NCBI GenBank assembly: GCA_964016885.1
Contig: OZ024741.1
Coordinates: 407,402,001 to 407,466,000, forward strand
Length of the DNA stretch: 64,000 nucleotides
Direction: 5' to 3'
From: Eledone cirrhosa
Taxonomy: Eukaryota
In this document: in pieces, positions 29,901-45,200 of the stretch
How positions within the stretch are numbered: position 1 is the stretch's first letter
Layout of the letters: the number at the start of each line of letters is the position of its first letter
Translations under genes and position numbers: made by a program
The notes under the pieces: generated by a model
What the model was told of the DNA's origin: nothing
The model's database searches: none
What the model saw: the letters and a program-made list of their open reading frames with translations, nothing else

Positions 29901-32900
29901 CTGCCTATAGTTGTTATGTAGACTTATTACAGAATCTACTACCTATAGTTTTTATCTAGATGCATACCAGAATATACTGTCTATAGCTAGTATCTAGACA
30001 CACCAGAGAATCTACTGCCTATAGTTGTTATCTAGACTCACCAAAGAATATACTGCCTATAGTTCGTATCTAGACTCACTGTGAATCTACTGCCTGTAGT
30101 TGTTATCTAGACACATAACAGAATCAACTACCTATAGTTAGTATCTACACTCACCACAGAATCTACTACCTATATTTATTATGTAGACTCACCACAGAAT
30201 CTATTGCCTATCGTTAGTATCTAGACTCACCATAGAATCTACTGCCTATAGTTGTTATCTAGACTCACCAAAGAATTTACTGCCTAGAGTTTGTATCTAG
30301 ACTCACCACAGAATCTACTGCCTATAGTTGTTATCTAGATTCATAACAGAATCTACTGCCTATAGTTAGTATCTAGACTCACTACATAATCAACTGCCTA
30401 TAGTTAGTGTCTAGACTCACCACAAAATCTTCTACCTATATTTATTATGTAGACTCACCACAGAATCTACTGTCTATAGTTGTTATTTAGATTCACCAGA
30501 GAATCTACTGCATTTAGTTAGTATCTAGACTTAACACAGAACTATAGCCTATAGTTAGTATCTCGACTCACCATGGAATCTACTGCCTATAGTTGTTATC
30601 TACACTCACCACAGAGTCTACTGCCTAAAGATAGTATCTAGACTCACCACAGAATATACTGACTATAGTTATTATCTAGACTCACCACAGTATCTACTGC
30701 CTATAGATGTTATCTAGACTCATACCAGAATCTACTGTCTATAGTTAGTATCTACAATTATTATAGAATCTAGTGCCTATAGCTGTTATCTAGACTCATC
30801 ACAGAATCTACTGTTTATAGCTAGTGTCTAGACTCACCACAGAATCCACTGGCTATAATTGTCATCTAGACTCATCACAGAATCTACAGACCATAAATAG
30901 TATCTAGACTTAGTACAGAATCTACTGCCTATAGTTGTTAACTAGACTCACCACAGAATCTACTGCCTACAGTTGTTATCTAGACTCACTACATAATCTA
31001 GTGTCTATAGTTAGTATCTCGACTCACCACAGAATCAACTGCCAATAGTTGTTATATAGACTCATCACATAATCTAGTGCCTATACTTTTTATCTAGACT
31101 CACTGCAGAATTAACTGTCTATAGTTGTTATCTGGACTTATTAAAATCTACTGCCTATAGTTGTTATCTAAACTCACCACAGAATCCAATGGCTATATTT
31201 GTTATCTAGACTTATTACAGAATCTACTGTCTATAGTTAGTAGCTAGACTTACCACATAATCTAATGCCTATAATTATATCTAGACTCATTTACAGAATC
31301 TACTGTCTATAGTTAGTATCTAGACTCACCACTGAATCTACTGCCTATAGTTGTTATCTAGACTCATAACAGAATCTACTGCATATAGTTAGTATCTAGA
31401 CTCACCACATAATCTACTGCCTATAGTTTTAATCTAGACTCACTGCAGAATCCACTGTCTATAGTGGTTAACTAGACTTATTACAATATCTACTGCCTAT
31501 AGTTGTTATATAGACTTACCACAGCATCCACTGGCTATAGTTGTTATCTAGACTTATTACAGAATCTAATGCCTATAGTTAGTAGCTAGACTTACCACAG
31601 AATCTACTGCCTATAATTAATATCTTGACGTATGACACAATCTACTGTCTATAGTAGGTATCTAGACTCACCACAGAATCTACTGCCTATAGTTGTTATC
31701 TAGACTCACCACAGAATCTACTGCCTATAGATAGTATCTAGACTCACCACAGAATCTACTGACTATATGTGTTATCTAGATTCACCACAGAATCTACTGC
31801 CTGGAGTTGTTATCTAGACTTATTACAGAAAATACTGCCTATAGTTGTTATCTAGACGCATACCAGAATCTACTGTCTATACCTAGTATCTAGACTCACC
31901 ACAGTATCTACTGCCTGTAGTTATCTAGACTCACCGCATAATCTACTGCCTATAGTTAGTATCTACAATTATTACAGAATCTACTACCTATAGTTAGTAT
32001 CTAGATACACCACAGCATCTACTCACTATAGTTGTTATCTAGACTCACCACCGAATCAACTGCCTATCGTTAGTATCTAGACTCACCACAGAATCTACTG
32101 CCTATAGTTAGTATCTCAACTCACTACATAATCAACTGCCTATAGTTAGTATCTAGACTCACCACAGAATCTACTGCCTATAGTTACTATCTAGATTCAC
32201 CACATAATCTAGTTCCTATAGTTGTTATCTAAACTGACCACAGAATCTACTGCCTATCGTTAGTATCTAGACTCACCACAGAATCTACTGCCGATAGTTA
32301 GTATCTAGACTCACCACAGAATCTACTGCCTATAGTTGTTATCTAGACTCACCACCGAATCTACTGCCTATCGTTAGTATCTAGACTCACCACAGAATCT
32401 ACTGCCTATAGTTAGTATCTAGACTCACTACATAATCAACTGCCTATAGTTAGTATCTAGACTCACCACAGAATCTACTGCCTATAGTTACTATCTAGTC
32501 TCACCACAGAATATAGTTCCTATAGTTGTTATCTAGACTCATCACAGAATCTACTGCCTATAGATTGTATCTAAACTCACCACAGAATCTACTGACTATA
32601 GTTTTATCTAGACTCACCACGGAATCTACTGCCTATAGTTAGTATTTAGACTCACCACAGAATCAACTGCCTATATTTAGTATCTAGACTTACCACAGAA
32701 ACTACTGCCTATAGTTACTACCTAGATGTACCACAGAATCTAGTTCCTATAGTTGTTATCTAGACTCACCACAGAATCTACTGCCTATCATTGTTATGTA
32801 GACTCACCACAGAATCTACTGCCTATAGTTAGTATCTAGACTCACCACAGAATCTACTGCCTATCGTTGTTATCTAGACTCACCACCAAATCTACTGCCT

Positions 32901-35900
32901 ATCGTTAGTATCTAGACTCACCACATAATCTACTGGCTATAGTTAGTATCTAGACTCACTACATAATCCACTGCCTATAGTTAGTATCTAGACTCACCAC
33001 AGAATCTACTGCCTATAGTTACTATCTAGACTCACCACAAAATCTAGTTCCTATAGTTGTTATCTAGACTCACCACAGAATCTACTGACTATAGTTTTAT
33101 CTAGACTCACCACAGAATCTACTGCCTATAGTTGTTATCTAGACTTATTACAGAATCTACTGCCTATAGTTAGTATTTAGACTCACCACGGAATCTACTG
33201 CCTATAGTTAGTATTTAGACTCACCACAGAATCAACTGCCTATATTTAGTATCTAGACTTACCACAGAAACTACTGCCTATAGTTGTTATCTAGATTATT
33301 ACAGAATCTACTGCCTATAGTTTTTATCTAGACGCATACCAGAATCTACTGTCTATAGCTAGTATCTAGACTCACCACAGTATCTACTGCCTATAGTTTT
33401 TATCTAGACTCACTGCAGAATCCATTGGCTATACTGGTTATCTAGACTTATTACAATGTCTACTACCTATATTTGTTATCTAGACTCACCACAGAATCAA
33501 CTGGCTTAGTTGTTATCTAGACTCAACACAGAATCTACTGCCTATAGTTGTAATCTGGATTTATTAAAGAATCTACTGCCTATAGTTGTTATCTAGACGC
33601 ATACCAGTATCTACTGTCTATAGCTAGTATCTAGACGCACCAAAGAATCTACTGACTATAGTTGTTATCTAGATTCACCAGATAATTAACTGCCTATATA
33701 TAGTATCTAGACTTACCACAGAAACTACTGCCTATAGTTGTTATCTAGACTCACCACATAATCTACTGACTGTAGTTAGTATCTAGACATATTACAGAAT
33801 CTACTGCCTATAGTTAGTAGCTAGACTTACCCCGGAATCTACTGCCTATAGTTAGTATCTAGACTCACCATAGAATCTACTGCCTATAGTTGTTATCTAG
33901 ACTCACAACAAAATTACTGCCTATAGTTGTTATCTAGACTCATAACAGAATCTACTGCCTATAGTTAGTATCTATACACACCACAGAATCAACTGCCTAT
34001 AGTTAGTATGTAGACTCACCGCAAAATCTACTGCCTATAGTTAGTATCTAGACTCACCACAGAATCTACTACCGATAGTTGTTATCTAGATTCACCACAG
34101 AATCTACTGCCTATAGTTAGTATCTAGACTCACCACAGAGTATATAGCCTATAGTTAGGTATCTAGACTCCCCATAGAATCTACTGCCTATAGTTGTTAT
34201 CTAGACTCACCACCGAATCTACTGCCTATCGTTAGTATCTAGACTCACCACAGAATCTACTGCCTATAGTTAGTATCTAGACTCACTACATAATCAACTG
34301 CCTATAGTTAGTATCTAGACTCACCACAGAATCTACTGCCTATAGTTACTATCTAGACTCACCACAGAATATAGTTCCTATAGTTGTTATCTAGACTCAT
34401 CACAGAATCTACTGCCTATAGATAGTATCTAGACTCACCACAGAATCTACTGACTATAGTTTTATCTAGACTCACCACAGAATCTACTGCCTATAGTTGT
34501 TATCTAGACTTATTACAGAATCTACTGCCTATAGTTAGTATTTAGACTCACCACGGAATCTACTGCCTATAGTTAGTATTTAGACTCACCACAGAATCAA
34601 CTGCCTATATTTAGTATCTAGACTTACTACAGAAAATACTGCCTATAGTTACTATCTAGATGCACCACAGAATCTAGTTCCTATAGTTGTTATCTAGACT
34701 CACCACAGATTCTACTGCCTATTATTATTATGTAGACTCACCACAGAATCTACTGCCTATAGTTAGTATCTAGACTCACCACAGAATCTACTGCCTATCG
34801 TTGTTATCTAGACTAACCACCGAATCTACTGCCTATCGTTAGTATCTAGACTCACTACATAATCCACTGCCTATAGTTAGTATCTAGACTCACCACAGAA
34901 TCTACTGACTATAGTTACTATCTAGACTCACCACAGAATCTAGTTCCTATAGTTGTTATCTAGACTCACCACAGAATCTACTGACTATAGTTTTATCTAG
35001 ACTCACCACAGAATCTACTGCCTGTAGTTGTTATCTAGACTTATTACAGAATCTACTGCCTATAGTTAGTATTTAGACTCACCACGGAATCTACTGCCTA
35101 TAGTTAGTATTTAACTCACCACAGAATCAACTGCCTATATTTAGTATCTAGACTTACCACAGAAACTACTGACTATAGTTGTTATCTAGACTTATTACAG
35201 ATTCTACTGCCTGTAGTTGTTATCTAGACGCATACCAGAATCTACTGTCTATAGCTAGTATCTAGACTCACCACAGTATCTACTGCCTATAGATTTATCT
35301 AGACTCACTGCAGAATCCATTGGCTATACTGGTTATCTAGACTTATTACAATATCTACTACCTATATTTGTTATCTAGACTCACCACAGAATCAACTGGC
35401 TATAGTTGTTATCTAGACTCAACACAGAATCTACTGCCTATAGTTGTTATCTGGATTTATTACAGAATCTACTGCCTATAGTTGTTATCTAGACTCACCA
35501 CAGAATATACTACCTATAGTTGTTATCTAGATTCACCACAGAATCTACTGCCTATAGTTAGTATCTAGACTCAACACAGAATATATAGCCTATAGTTAGT
35601 ATCTAGACTCCCCATAGAATCTACTGCCTATAGTTGTTATCTAGACTCACCACCGAATCTACTGCCTATCGTTAGTATCTAGACTCACCACAGAATATAG
35701 TTCCTATAGTTGTTATCTAGACTCATCACAGAAACTACTGCCTATAGATAGTATCTAGACTCACCACAGAATCTACTGACTATAGATTTATCTAGACTCA
35801 CCACAGAATCTACTGCCTATAGTTGTTATCTAGACTTATTACAGAATCTACTGCCTATAGTTAGTATTTAGACTCACCACGGAATCTACTGCCTATAGTT

Positions 35901-38900
35901 AGTATTTAGACTCACCACAGAATCAACTGCCTATATTTAGTATCTAGACTTACCACAGAAACTACTGCCTATATTTACTATCTAGATGCACCACAGAATC
36001 TAGTTCCTATAGTTGTTATCTAGACTCACCACAGAATCTACTGCCTATCATTGTTATGTAGACTCACCGCATAATCTACTGCCTATAGTTAGTATCTATA
36101 CTCACCACAGAATCTACTGCCTATCGTTGTTATCTAGACTCACCACAGAATCTACTGCCTATAGTTAGTATCTAGACTCACTACATAATCCACTGCCTAT
36201 AGTTAGTATCTAGACTCACCACAGAATCTACTGCCTATAGTTACTATCTAGACACACCACAGAATCTAGTTCCTATAGTTGTTATCTAGACTCACCACAG
36301 AATCTACTGACTATAGTTTTATCTAGACTCACCACAGAATCTACTGCCTATAGTTGTTAACTAGACTTATTACAGAATCTACTGCCTATAGTTAGTATTT
36401 AGACTCACCACGGAATCTACTGCCTATAGTTAGTATATAGACTCACCACAGAATCAACTGGCTATAGTTGTTATCTAGACTCAACACAGAATCTACTGCT
36501 ATAGTTGTTATATGGACTTATTAGAGAATCTACTGCCTATAGTTGTTATCTAGACGCATACCAGAATCTACTGTCTATAGCTAGTATCTAGACGCACCAC
36601 AGAATCTACTGCCTATCGTTAGTATCTAGACTCACCATAGAATCTAATGCCTATAGTTGTTATCTAGACTCACCAAAGAATCTACTGCCTATAGTTCGTA
36701 TCTAGACTCACCACAGAATCTACTGCCTATAGTTGTTATCTAGACTCATGACAGATCTACTGCCTATAGTTAGTATATATACTCACCACAGAATCTACTG
36801 CCTATAGTTACTATCTAGACTCACCACAGCATCTAGATCCTATAGTTGTTATCTAGACTCACCACAGAATCTACTGCCTATATATAGTATCTAGACTCAC
36901 CATAGAATCTACTACCTATAGTTGTTATCTAGACTTATTACATAATCTACTGCCTATAGCTAGTATTTAGACTCACCACGGAATCTACTGCCTATAGTTA
37001 GTATCTGGACTCACCACAGAATCAACTGCCTATATTTAGTATCTAGACTCACTGCAGAAACTACTGCCTATAGTTTTTATCTAGACTCACTGCAGAATCC
37101 ATTGGCTATAGTGGTTATCTAGACTTATTACAATGTCTACTACCTATATTTGTTATCTAGACTCACCACAGAATCAACTGGCTATAGTTGTTATCTAGAC
37201 GCAACACAGAATCTACTGTCTATAGATAGTATCTAGACCACCGCATAATCTACTGACTATAGTTGTTATCTAGATTCACCACAGAATCTACTGCCTATAG
37301 TTGTTATCTAGACTTATTAGAGAATCTACTGCCTATAGTTGTTATCTAGACGCATACCAGAATCTACTGTCTATAGCTAGTATCTAGACTCACCACAGAA
37401 TCTACTGCTTATAGTTATTATCTGGACTCAGCACAGAATCTACTAACTGTAGTTAGTATCTAGACTTATTACAGAATCTACTGCCTATAGTTAGTAGCTA
37501 GACTTACCCCAGAATCTACTGCCTATAGTTAGTATCTAGACTCACCACAGAATCTACTGCCTATAGTTGTTATCTAGACTCATAACATAATCTACTGCCT
37601 ATAGTTAGTATCTAGACTCATCACAGAATCAACTGCCTATAGTTAGTGTGTAGACTCACCACAGAATCTACTGCCTATAGTTAGTATCTAGACACGCCAC
37701 AGAATCTACTACCTATAGTTGTTATCTAGATTCATCACAAAATCTGCTGCCTATAGTTACTATCTAGACTCCCCACATAATTTATAGCCTGTAGTTAGTA
37801 TCTAGACTCCCCATAGAATCTAGTGCCTATAGTTGTTATCTAGACTTATTACATAATCTACGGCCTATAGTTGTTATCGACACTCATACCAGAATCTACT
37901 GTCTATAGCTAGTATCTAGACTCACCACAGAATCTACTGCCCATAGTTGTTATCTAGACTCACCATAGAATCTACTGACTGTAGTTAGTATCTTGACTTA
38001 TTACAGAAATACTGCCTATAGTTAGTATCTACACTTATTACAGAATCTATTGCCTATAGTTGTTATCTAGACTCATCACAGAACCTACTGTCTATAGATA
38101 GTATCTAGATTCACAAACAGAATCTACTGCCTATCATTGTTATGTAGACTCACCACAGAATCTAGTGCCTATAGTTAGTATCTAGACTTATTACAGAATC
38201 TACTGCCTATAGTTAGTAACTTGACTTAACACAGAATCTACTGCCTATAGTTATTATCTAGACTTATTAAAGAAACTCCTGCCTATAGTTGTTATCTAGA
38301 CTCATAACAGAATCTACTGTTTATAGCTAGTATCTAGACTCACCACAGAATCCACTGGCTATAATTGTTATCTAGACTCATCACAGAATCTACTGACTCT
38401 AATTAGTATCTAGACTTATTACTGAATCTACTGCCTATAGTTGTTATCTAGACTCACCACAGAATCTGCTGCCTACAGTTGTTATCTAGATTCACCACAG
38501 AATCTACTGCCTATAGTTAGTATCTAGACTGACCACAGAATCTATAGCCTATAGTTAGTATCTAGACTCCCCATAGAATCTACTGCCTATAGTTGTTATC
38601 TAGACTTACCACAGAATCTACTGCCTATAGATAGTATTTAGACTCACCACAGAATCTACTGACTCTAGTTGTTATCTAGTCTCACCACAGAATCTACTGC
38701 CTATAGTTGTTGTCTAGACTTATTACAGAATGTACTGCCTATAGTTGTTATCTAGACTCATACCATAATCTACAGTCTATAGCTAGTATCTAGACTCACC
38801 ACAGAATCTAATGCCTATAGTTGTTATCTAGACTCACCACAGAATCTAGTGCCTATATTTATTATCTAGACTTATTACAGAATCTACTGCCTATAGTTAA

Positions 38901-41900
38901 TATCTTGACTTAACACAGAATCTACTGCCTATAGTTGTTATCTAGACTTATTAAAGAAACTCCTGCCTATAGTTGTTATCTAGACTCATAACAGAATCTA
39001 CTGTTTATAGCTAGTATCTAGACTCACCACAGAATCCACTGGCTATAATTGTTATCTGACTCATCACAGAATCTACTGACTATAATTAGTATCTAGACTT
39101 ATTACAGAATCTACTTCCTTATAGATGTTATCTAGACTCGCCACAGAATCTGCTGCCTACAGTTGTTATCTAGACTCACCACAGAATCTACTGTCTATAG
39201 TTTAGTATCTAGACTTATTACAGAATCTACTGCCTATAGTTAGTATCTAGACTCATCACAGAATCCACTGTATATAGTCAGTGTCTAGACGTACCACAGA
39301 ATATACTGCCTATTGTTGTTATATAGATTTATTACAGAATCTACTGCCTATAGTTAGTATCTAGATTTATTACAATATCTACTGACTATAGTTGTTATCT
39401 AGACTCATCGCAGAATCTACTGCATATAGTTTTTATCTAGACTCACAGCAGAATCCACTGGCTATAGTTGTTATCTTGACTTATTACAATATCTACTGCC
39501 TATAGTTGTTATTTAGACTCATCACAGAATCTACTCCCTATAGTTGTTATCTAGACTCACCACAGAATACCCTGGCTATAGTTGTTATCTAGACTTATTA
39601 CAGAATCTACTGCCTATAGTTAGTAGCTAGACTTACCACAGAATCTACTGCCTATAATTAGTATCTCGACTCATCACAGAATCTACTGACTCTAGTTAGT
39701 CTCTAGACTTATTACAGAATTCACTGACTCTAGTTAGTATCTAGAATTATTAGAGAATCTACTGCCTATAGTTAATGTCTAGACTCATCACAGAATCTAC
39801 TGACTATAGTTAGTATCTAGATTTATTACAGAATCTACTGACTATAGAGGGTATCTAAACTTGTTATAGAATCTACTGTCTATAGTTAGTATCTAGACTT
39901 ATTACAGAATCAACTGACTACAGTTAGTATCTAGACTTATTAAAGAATCTACTAACTATAGATGGTATCTAGACTTATTACAGAATCTATTGCCTATAGT
40001 TAGTATCTAGATTTATTACTATATCTACTGCCTATAGTTGTTATCTAGACTCATCACAGAATCTACTGCCGATAGTTGTTATCTAGACTCACTACAGAAT
40101 CCACTGGCTATAGTTGTTATCTAGACTTATTACAAAATTCTGCCTATAGTTGTTATCTAGGCTCATCACAGAATCTACTGCCTATAGTTGTTATCTAGAC
40201 TCACCATAGAATCCACTGGCTTTAGTTGTTATCTAGACTTATTACAGAATCTACTGCCTATAGTTATCATCTAGACTTATTGCAGTATCTACTGCCTATA
40301 GTTAGTATCTAGATTTATTACCGAATCTACTGCCTATAGTTAATATCTCGACTCACCACAGAATCTACTGCCTATAGTTAGTATCTAGACTTATTACCGA
40401 ATCTACTCCCTATATTTGTTATCTAGGCTCACCACAGATCCTACTGCCTATAGTTATTATGAAGACTTATTACAGAATCTACTGCATATAATTAGTATTT
40501 AGACTCACCACAGAATCTACTGCCTATAGTTACTATCTTGACTCACCACAGCATCTAGATCCTATAGTTGTTATCTAGACTCACCACAGAATCTACTGCC
40601 TATATATAGTATCTAGACTCACCACAGAATCTACTACCTATAGTTGTTATCTAGACTTATTACATAATCTACTGCCTATAGCTAGTATTTAGACTCACCA
40701 CGGAATCTACTGCCTATAGTTAGTATCTGGACTCACCACAGAATCAACTGCCTATATTTAGTATCTAGACTCACTGCAGAAACTAATGCCTATAGTTTTT
40801 ATCTAGACTCACTGCAGAATCCATTGGCTATAGTGGTTATCTAGACTTATTACAATGTCTACTACCTATATTTGTTATCTAGACTCACCACAGAATCAAC
40901 TGGCTATAGTTGTTATCTAGACTCAACAACGAATCTACTGCCTATAGATAGTATCTAGACCACCGCATAATCTACTGACTATAGTTGTTATCTAGATTCA
41001 CCACAGAATCTACTGCCTATAGTTGTTATCTAGACTTATTAGAGAATCTACTGCCTATATTTGTTATCTGGACTCACCAGAGAATCTACTGACTGTAGTT
41101 AGTATCTAGACTTATTACAGAATCTACTGCCTATAGTTAGTAGCTAGACTTACCCCAGAATCTACTGCCTATAGTTAGTATCTAGACTCACCATAGAATC
41201 AACTGCCTATATTTGTTATCTAGCCTCTCCAAAGAATCTACTGCCTATAGTTGTTATCTAGACTCATAACATAATCTACTGCCTATAGTTAGTATCTAGG
41301 CTCCTCACAGAATCAACTGCCTATAGTTAGTGTGTAGACTCACCACAGAATCTACTGCCTATAGTTAGTATCTAGACACACCACAGAATCTACTACCTAT
41401 AGTTGTTATCTAGATTCACCACAAAATCTGCTGCCTATAGTTACTATCTAGACTCCCCACACAATCTATAGCCTGTAGTTAGTATCTAGACTCCCCATAG
41501 AATCTAGTGCCTATAGTTGTTATCTAGACTTATTACAGAATCTACTGCCTATAGTTGTTATCGACACTCATACCAGAATCTACTGTCTATAGCTAGTATC
41601 TAGACTCACCACAGAATCTACTGCCTATAGTTGTTTTCTAGACTCACCACAGAATCTACTGACTGTAGTTAGTATCTTGATTTATGACAGAAATACTGCC
41701 TATAGTTAGGATCTACACTTATTACAGAATCTACTGCCTATAGTTGTTATCTAGACTCATCACAGAACCTACTGTCTATAGATAGTATCTAGATTCACCA
41801 CAGAATCTACTGCCTATCGTTGTTATGTAGACTCACCACAGAATCTAGTGCCTATAGTTATTATCTAGACTTATTACAGAATCTACTGCCTATAGTAAGT

Positions 41901-44366
41901 ATCTTGACTTAACACAGAATCTACTGCCTATAGTTGTTATCTAGACTTATTAAAGAAACTCCTGCCTATAGTTGTTATCTAGACTCATAACAGAATCTAC
42001 TGTTTATATCTAGTATCTAGACTCACCACAGAATCCACTGGCTATAATTGTTATCTAGACTCATCACAGAATCTACTTACTATAATTAGTATCTAGACTT
42101 ATTACTGAATCTACTGCCTATAGTTGTTATCTAGACTCACCACAGAATCTGCTGCCTACAGTTGTTATCTAGATTCACCACAGAATCTACTGCCTATAGT
42201 TAGTATCTAGACTGACCACAGAATCTATAGCCTATAGTTAGTATCTAGACTCCCCATAGAATCTACTGCCTATAGTTGTTATCTAGACTTACCACAGAAT
42301 CTACTGCCTATAGATAGTATTTAGACTCACCACAGAATCTACTGACTCTAGTTGTTATCTAGTCTCACCACAGAATCTACTGCCTATAGTTGTTGTCTAG
42401 ACTTATTACAGAATGTACTGCCTATAGTTGTTATCTAGACTCATACCATAATCTACAGTCTATAGCTAGTATCTAGACTCACCACAGAATCTACTGCCTA
42501 TAGTTGTTTTCTAGACTCACCACAGAATCTACTGACTGTAGTTAGTATCTTGATTTATGACAGAAATACTGCCTATAGTTAGGATCTACACTTATTACAG
42601 AATCTACTGCCTATAGTTGTTATCTAGACTCATCACAGAACCTACTGTCTATAGATAGTATCGAGATTCACCACAGAATCTACTGCCTATCGTTGTTATG
42701 TAGACTCACCACAGAATCTAGTGCCTATAGTTATTATCTAGACTTATTACAGAATCTACTGCCTATAGTAAGTATCTTGACTTAACACAGAATCTACTGC
42801 CTATAGTTGTTATCTAGACTTATTAAAGAAACTCCTGCCTATAGTTGTTATCTAGACTCATAACAGAATCTACTGTTTATAGCTAGTATCTAGACTCATC
42901 ACAGAATCTACTGACTATAATTAGTATCTAGACTTATTACAGAATCTACTGCCTATAGATGTTATCTAGACTCGCCACAGAATCTGCTGCCTACAGTTGT
43001 TATCTAGACTCACCACAGAATCTACTGTCTATAGTTAAGTATCTAGACTTATTACAGAATATACTGCCTATAGTTAGTATCTAGACTCATCACAGAATCT
43101 ACTGTATATAGTCAGTGTCTAGACGTACCACAGAATATACTGCCTATTGTTGTTATATAGATTTATTACAGAATCTACTGCCTATAGTTAGTATCTAGAT
43201 TTATTACAATATCTACTGCCTATAGTTGTTATCTAGACTCATCGCAGAATCTACTGCATATAGTTTTTATCTAGACTCACAGCAGAATCCACTGGCTATA
43301 GTTGTTATCTTGACTTATTACAATATCTACTGCCTATAGTTGTTATCTAGACTCATCACAGAATCTACTCCCTATAGTTGTTATCTAGACTCACCACAGA
43401 ATCCCCTGGCTATAGTTGTTATCTAGACTTATTACAGAATCTACTGCCTATAGTTAGTAGCTAGACTTACCACAGAATCTACTGCCTATAATTAGTATCT
43501 CGACTCATCACAGAATCTACTGACTCTAGTTAGTCTCTAGACTTATTACAGAATTCACTGACTCTAGTTAGTATCTAGAATTATTAGAGAATCTACTGCC
43601 TATAGTTAATGTCTAGACTCATCACAGAATCTACTGACTATAGTTAGTATCTAGATTTATTACATAATCTACTGACTATAGAGGGTATCTAAACATGTTA
43701 TAGAATCTACTGTCTATAGTTAGTATCAAGACATATTACAGAATCTACTGACTACAGTTAGTATCTAGACTTATTAAAGAATCTACTAACTATAGATGGT
43801 ATATAGACTTATTACAGAATCTATTGCCTATAGTTAGTATCTAGATGTATTACTATATCTACTGCCTATAGTTGTTATCTAGACTCATCACAGAATCTAC
43901 TGCCTATAGTTGTTATCTAGACTCACTACAGAATCCACTGGCTATAGTTGTTATCTAGACTTATTACAAAATTCTGCCTATAGTTGTTATCTAGGCTCAT
44001 CACAGAATTTACTGCCTATAGTTGTTATCTAGACTCACCATAGAATCCACTGGCTTTAGTTGTTATCTAGACTTATTTCAGAATCTACTGCCTATAGTTA
44101 TCATCTAGACTTATTGCAGTATCTACTGCCTATAGTTAGTATCTAGATTTATTACCGAATCTACTGCCTATAGTTAATATCTCGACTCACCACAGAATCT
44201 ACTGCCTATAGTTAGTATCTAGACTTATTACCGAATCTACTCCCTATAGTTGTTATCTAGGCTCACCACAGATCCTACTGCCTATAGTTATTATGTAGAC
44301 TTATTACAGAATCTACTGCATATAATTAGTATCGAGACTCACCACAGAATCTACTGCCCACAGTTG
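11903..44366. repeat. 38-bp tandem satellite, ~850 units
   Basis: Consensus TATCTAGACT(CACC/TATT/CATC)ACAGAATCTACTGCCTATAGTT(GT/AG); period 38 (e.g. AGACTCACCA at 15901 and 15939); many substitutions and occasional indels. Confidence 0.99.
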
Positions 44367-44546
44367 AACAACACCGAAAAGACTGCTGAAGAAGATTACC
44401 CATTATATACATAGCAACGCTAAGATAAATAAAATTAGCTTCTGTGCTGTAACTGTGACACAAACTTATAATGTACGTTGCTCAATACAACAAGAATTCC
44501 ATTGAAATAAAAGAAAACATTCTCAGAAAATATACGAGAAATCTAG

Positions 44547-44733
44547 CAATAATAGTTTCTACTTTTGGCAAAAGGACAGCAATTACCTAGTGCATTACTG
44601 GTACTTTCTTTTATCGACCCTGTAAGGATGAAAAGCAAAGTTAACCTTGACTGGATTTGAACTCAGACGGTAAAGGGACGTAACTTTGCTAGAAATCATG
44701 GCGTCCAACCCTCTACCGATACTGCCAATTCAC
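44547..44733 (-). mobile_element. tRNA-derived SINE, Meta-domain type (diverged copy 1)
   Basis: Minus strand has A-box-like TGGCAGTATCGG, B-box GTTCAAATCC (~44653-44662), then CTTTGCTTTTCATCCTTACAGGGTCGATAAAAGAAAGTACCAGT, which matches my recollection of the MetaSINE core in octopus SINEs; a second copy lies adjacent. Confidence 0.8.
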
Positions 44734-44744
44734 AGCAATAATGG

Positions 44745-44948
44745 TGTGTGATTTAGGCACAAGGCCAACAATTTTGTAGGAAGGGAAAGTCAATTAAATC
44801 GAAGCATTACTGGTACTTTATTTTATCAACTCTATAATGATAAAAGGCAAAGTTATCCTCGGTGGTATTTGAAATCAGAATGTAAAGGGCCGTAACTCTA
44901 TGCCACTAAACATGGTGCCCGACTCTCTACTGATATTATCAATCCACT
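44745..44948 (-). mobile_element. tRNA-derived SINE, Meta-domain type (diverged copy 2)
   Basis: Homologous to 44547-44733 (CATTACTGGTACTTT...TTTATC...AAAGGCAAAGTTA...ATTTGAA..CAGA), plus a GGCACAAGGCC..AATTTT tail segment. Confidence 0.75.
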
Positions 44949-45040
44949 CTGGGAAAGCTAGCAAAAATGCAAAATAAAAAAGGAAACAAGAAATTCCATC
45001 AAATCCAAGATCATATCGATATAAAACATGACTGGCTTAA

Positions 45041-45200
45041 TCTTCTTCTTCTTCTTCTTCTTCTTCTTCTTCTTCTTCTTCTTCTTCTTCTTCTTCTTCT
45101 TCTTGGAATACCTTTATCTCACCACCATCAAAAGAAGAAGAAGAAGAAGAAGAAGAAGAAGAAGAAGAAGAAGAAGAAGAAGAAGAAGAAGAAGAAGAAG
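45041..45200. repeat. (CTT)~21 and (AAG)~23 tracts in inverted orientation with a ~27-bp spacer
   Basis: Read directly: 45041-45104 and 45132-45200. Confidence 0.97.

Noticed and set aside
1-44366. CRISPR-like array
   Set aside because: Units are contiguous with no unique spacers; eukaryotic context; no cas genes.
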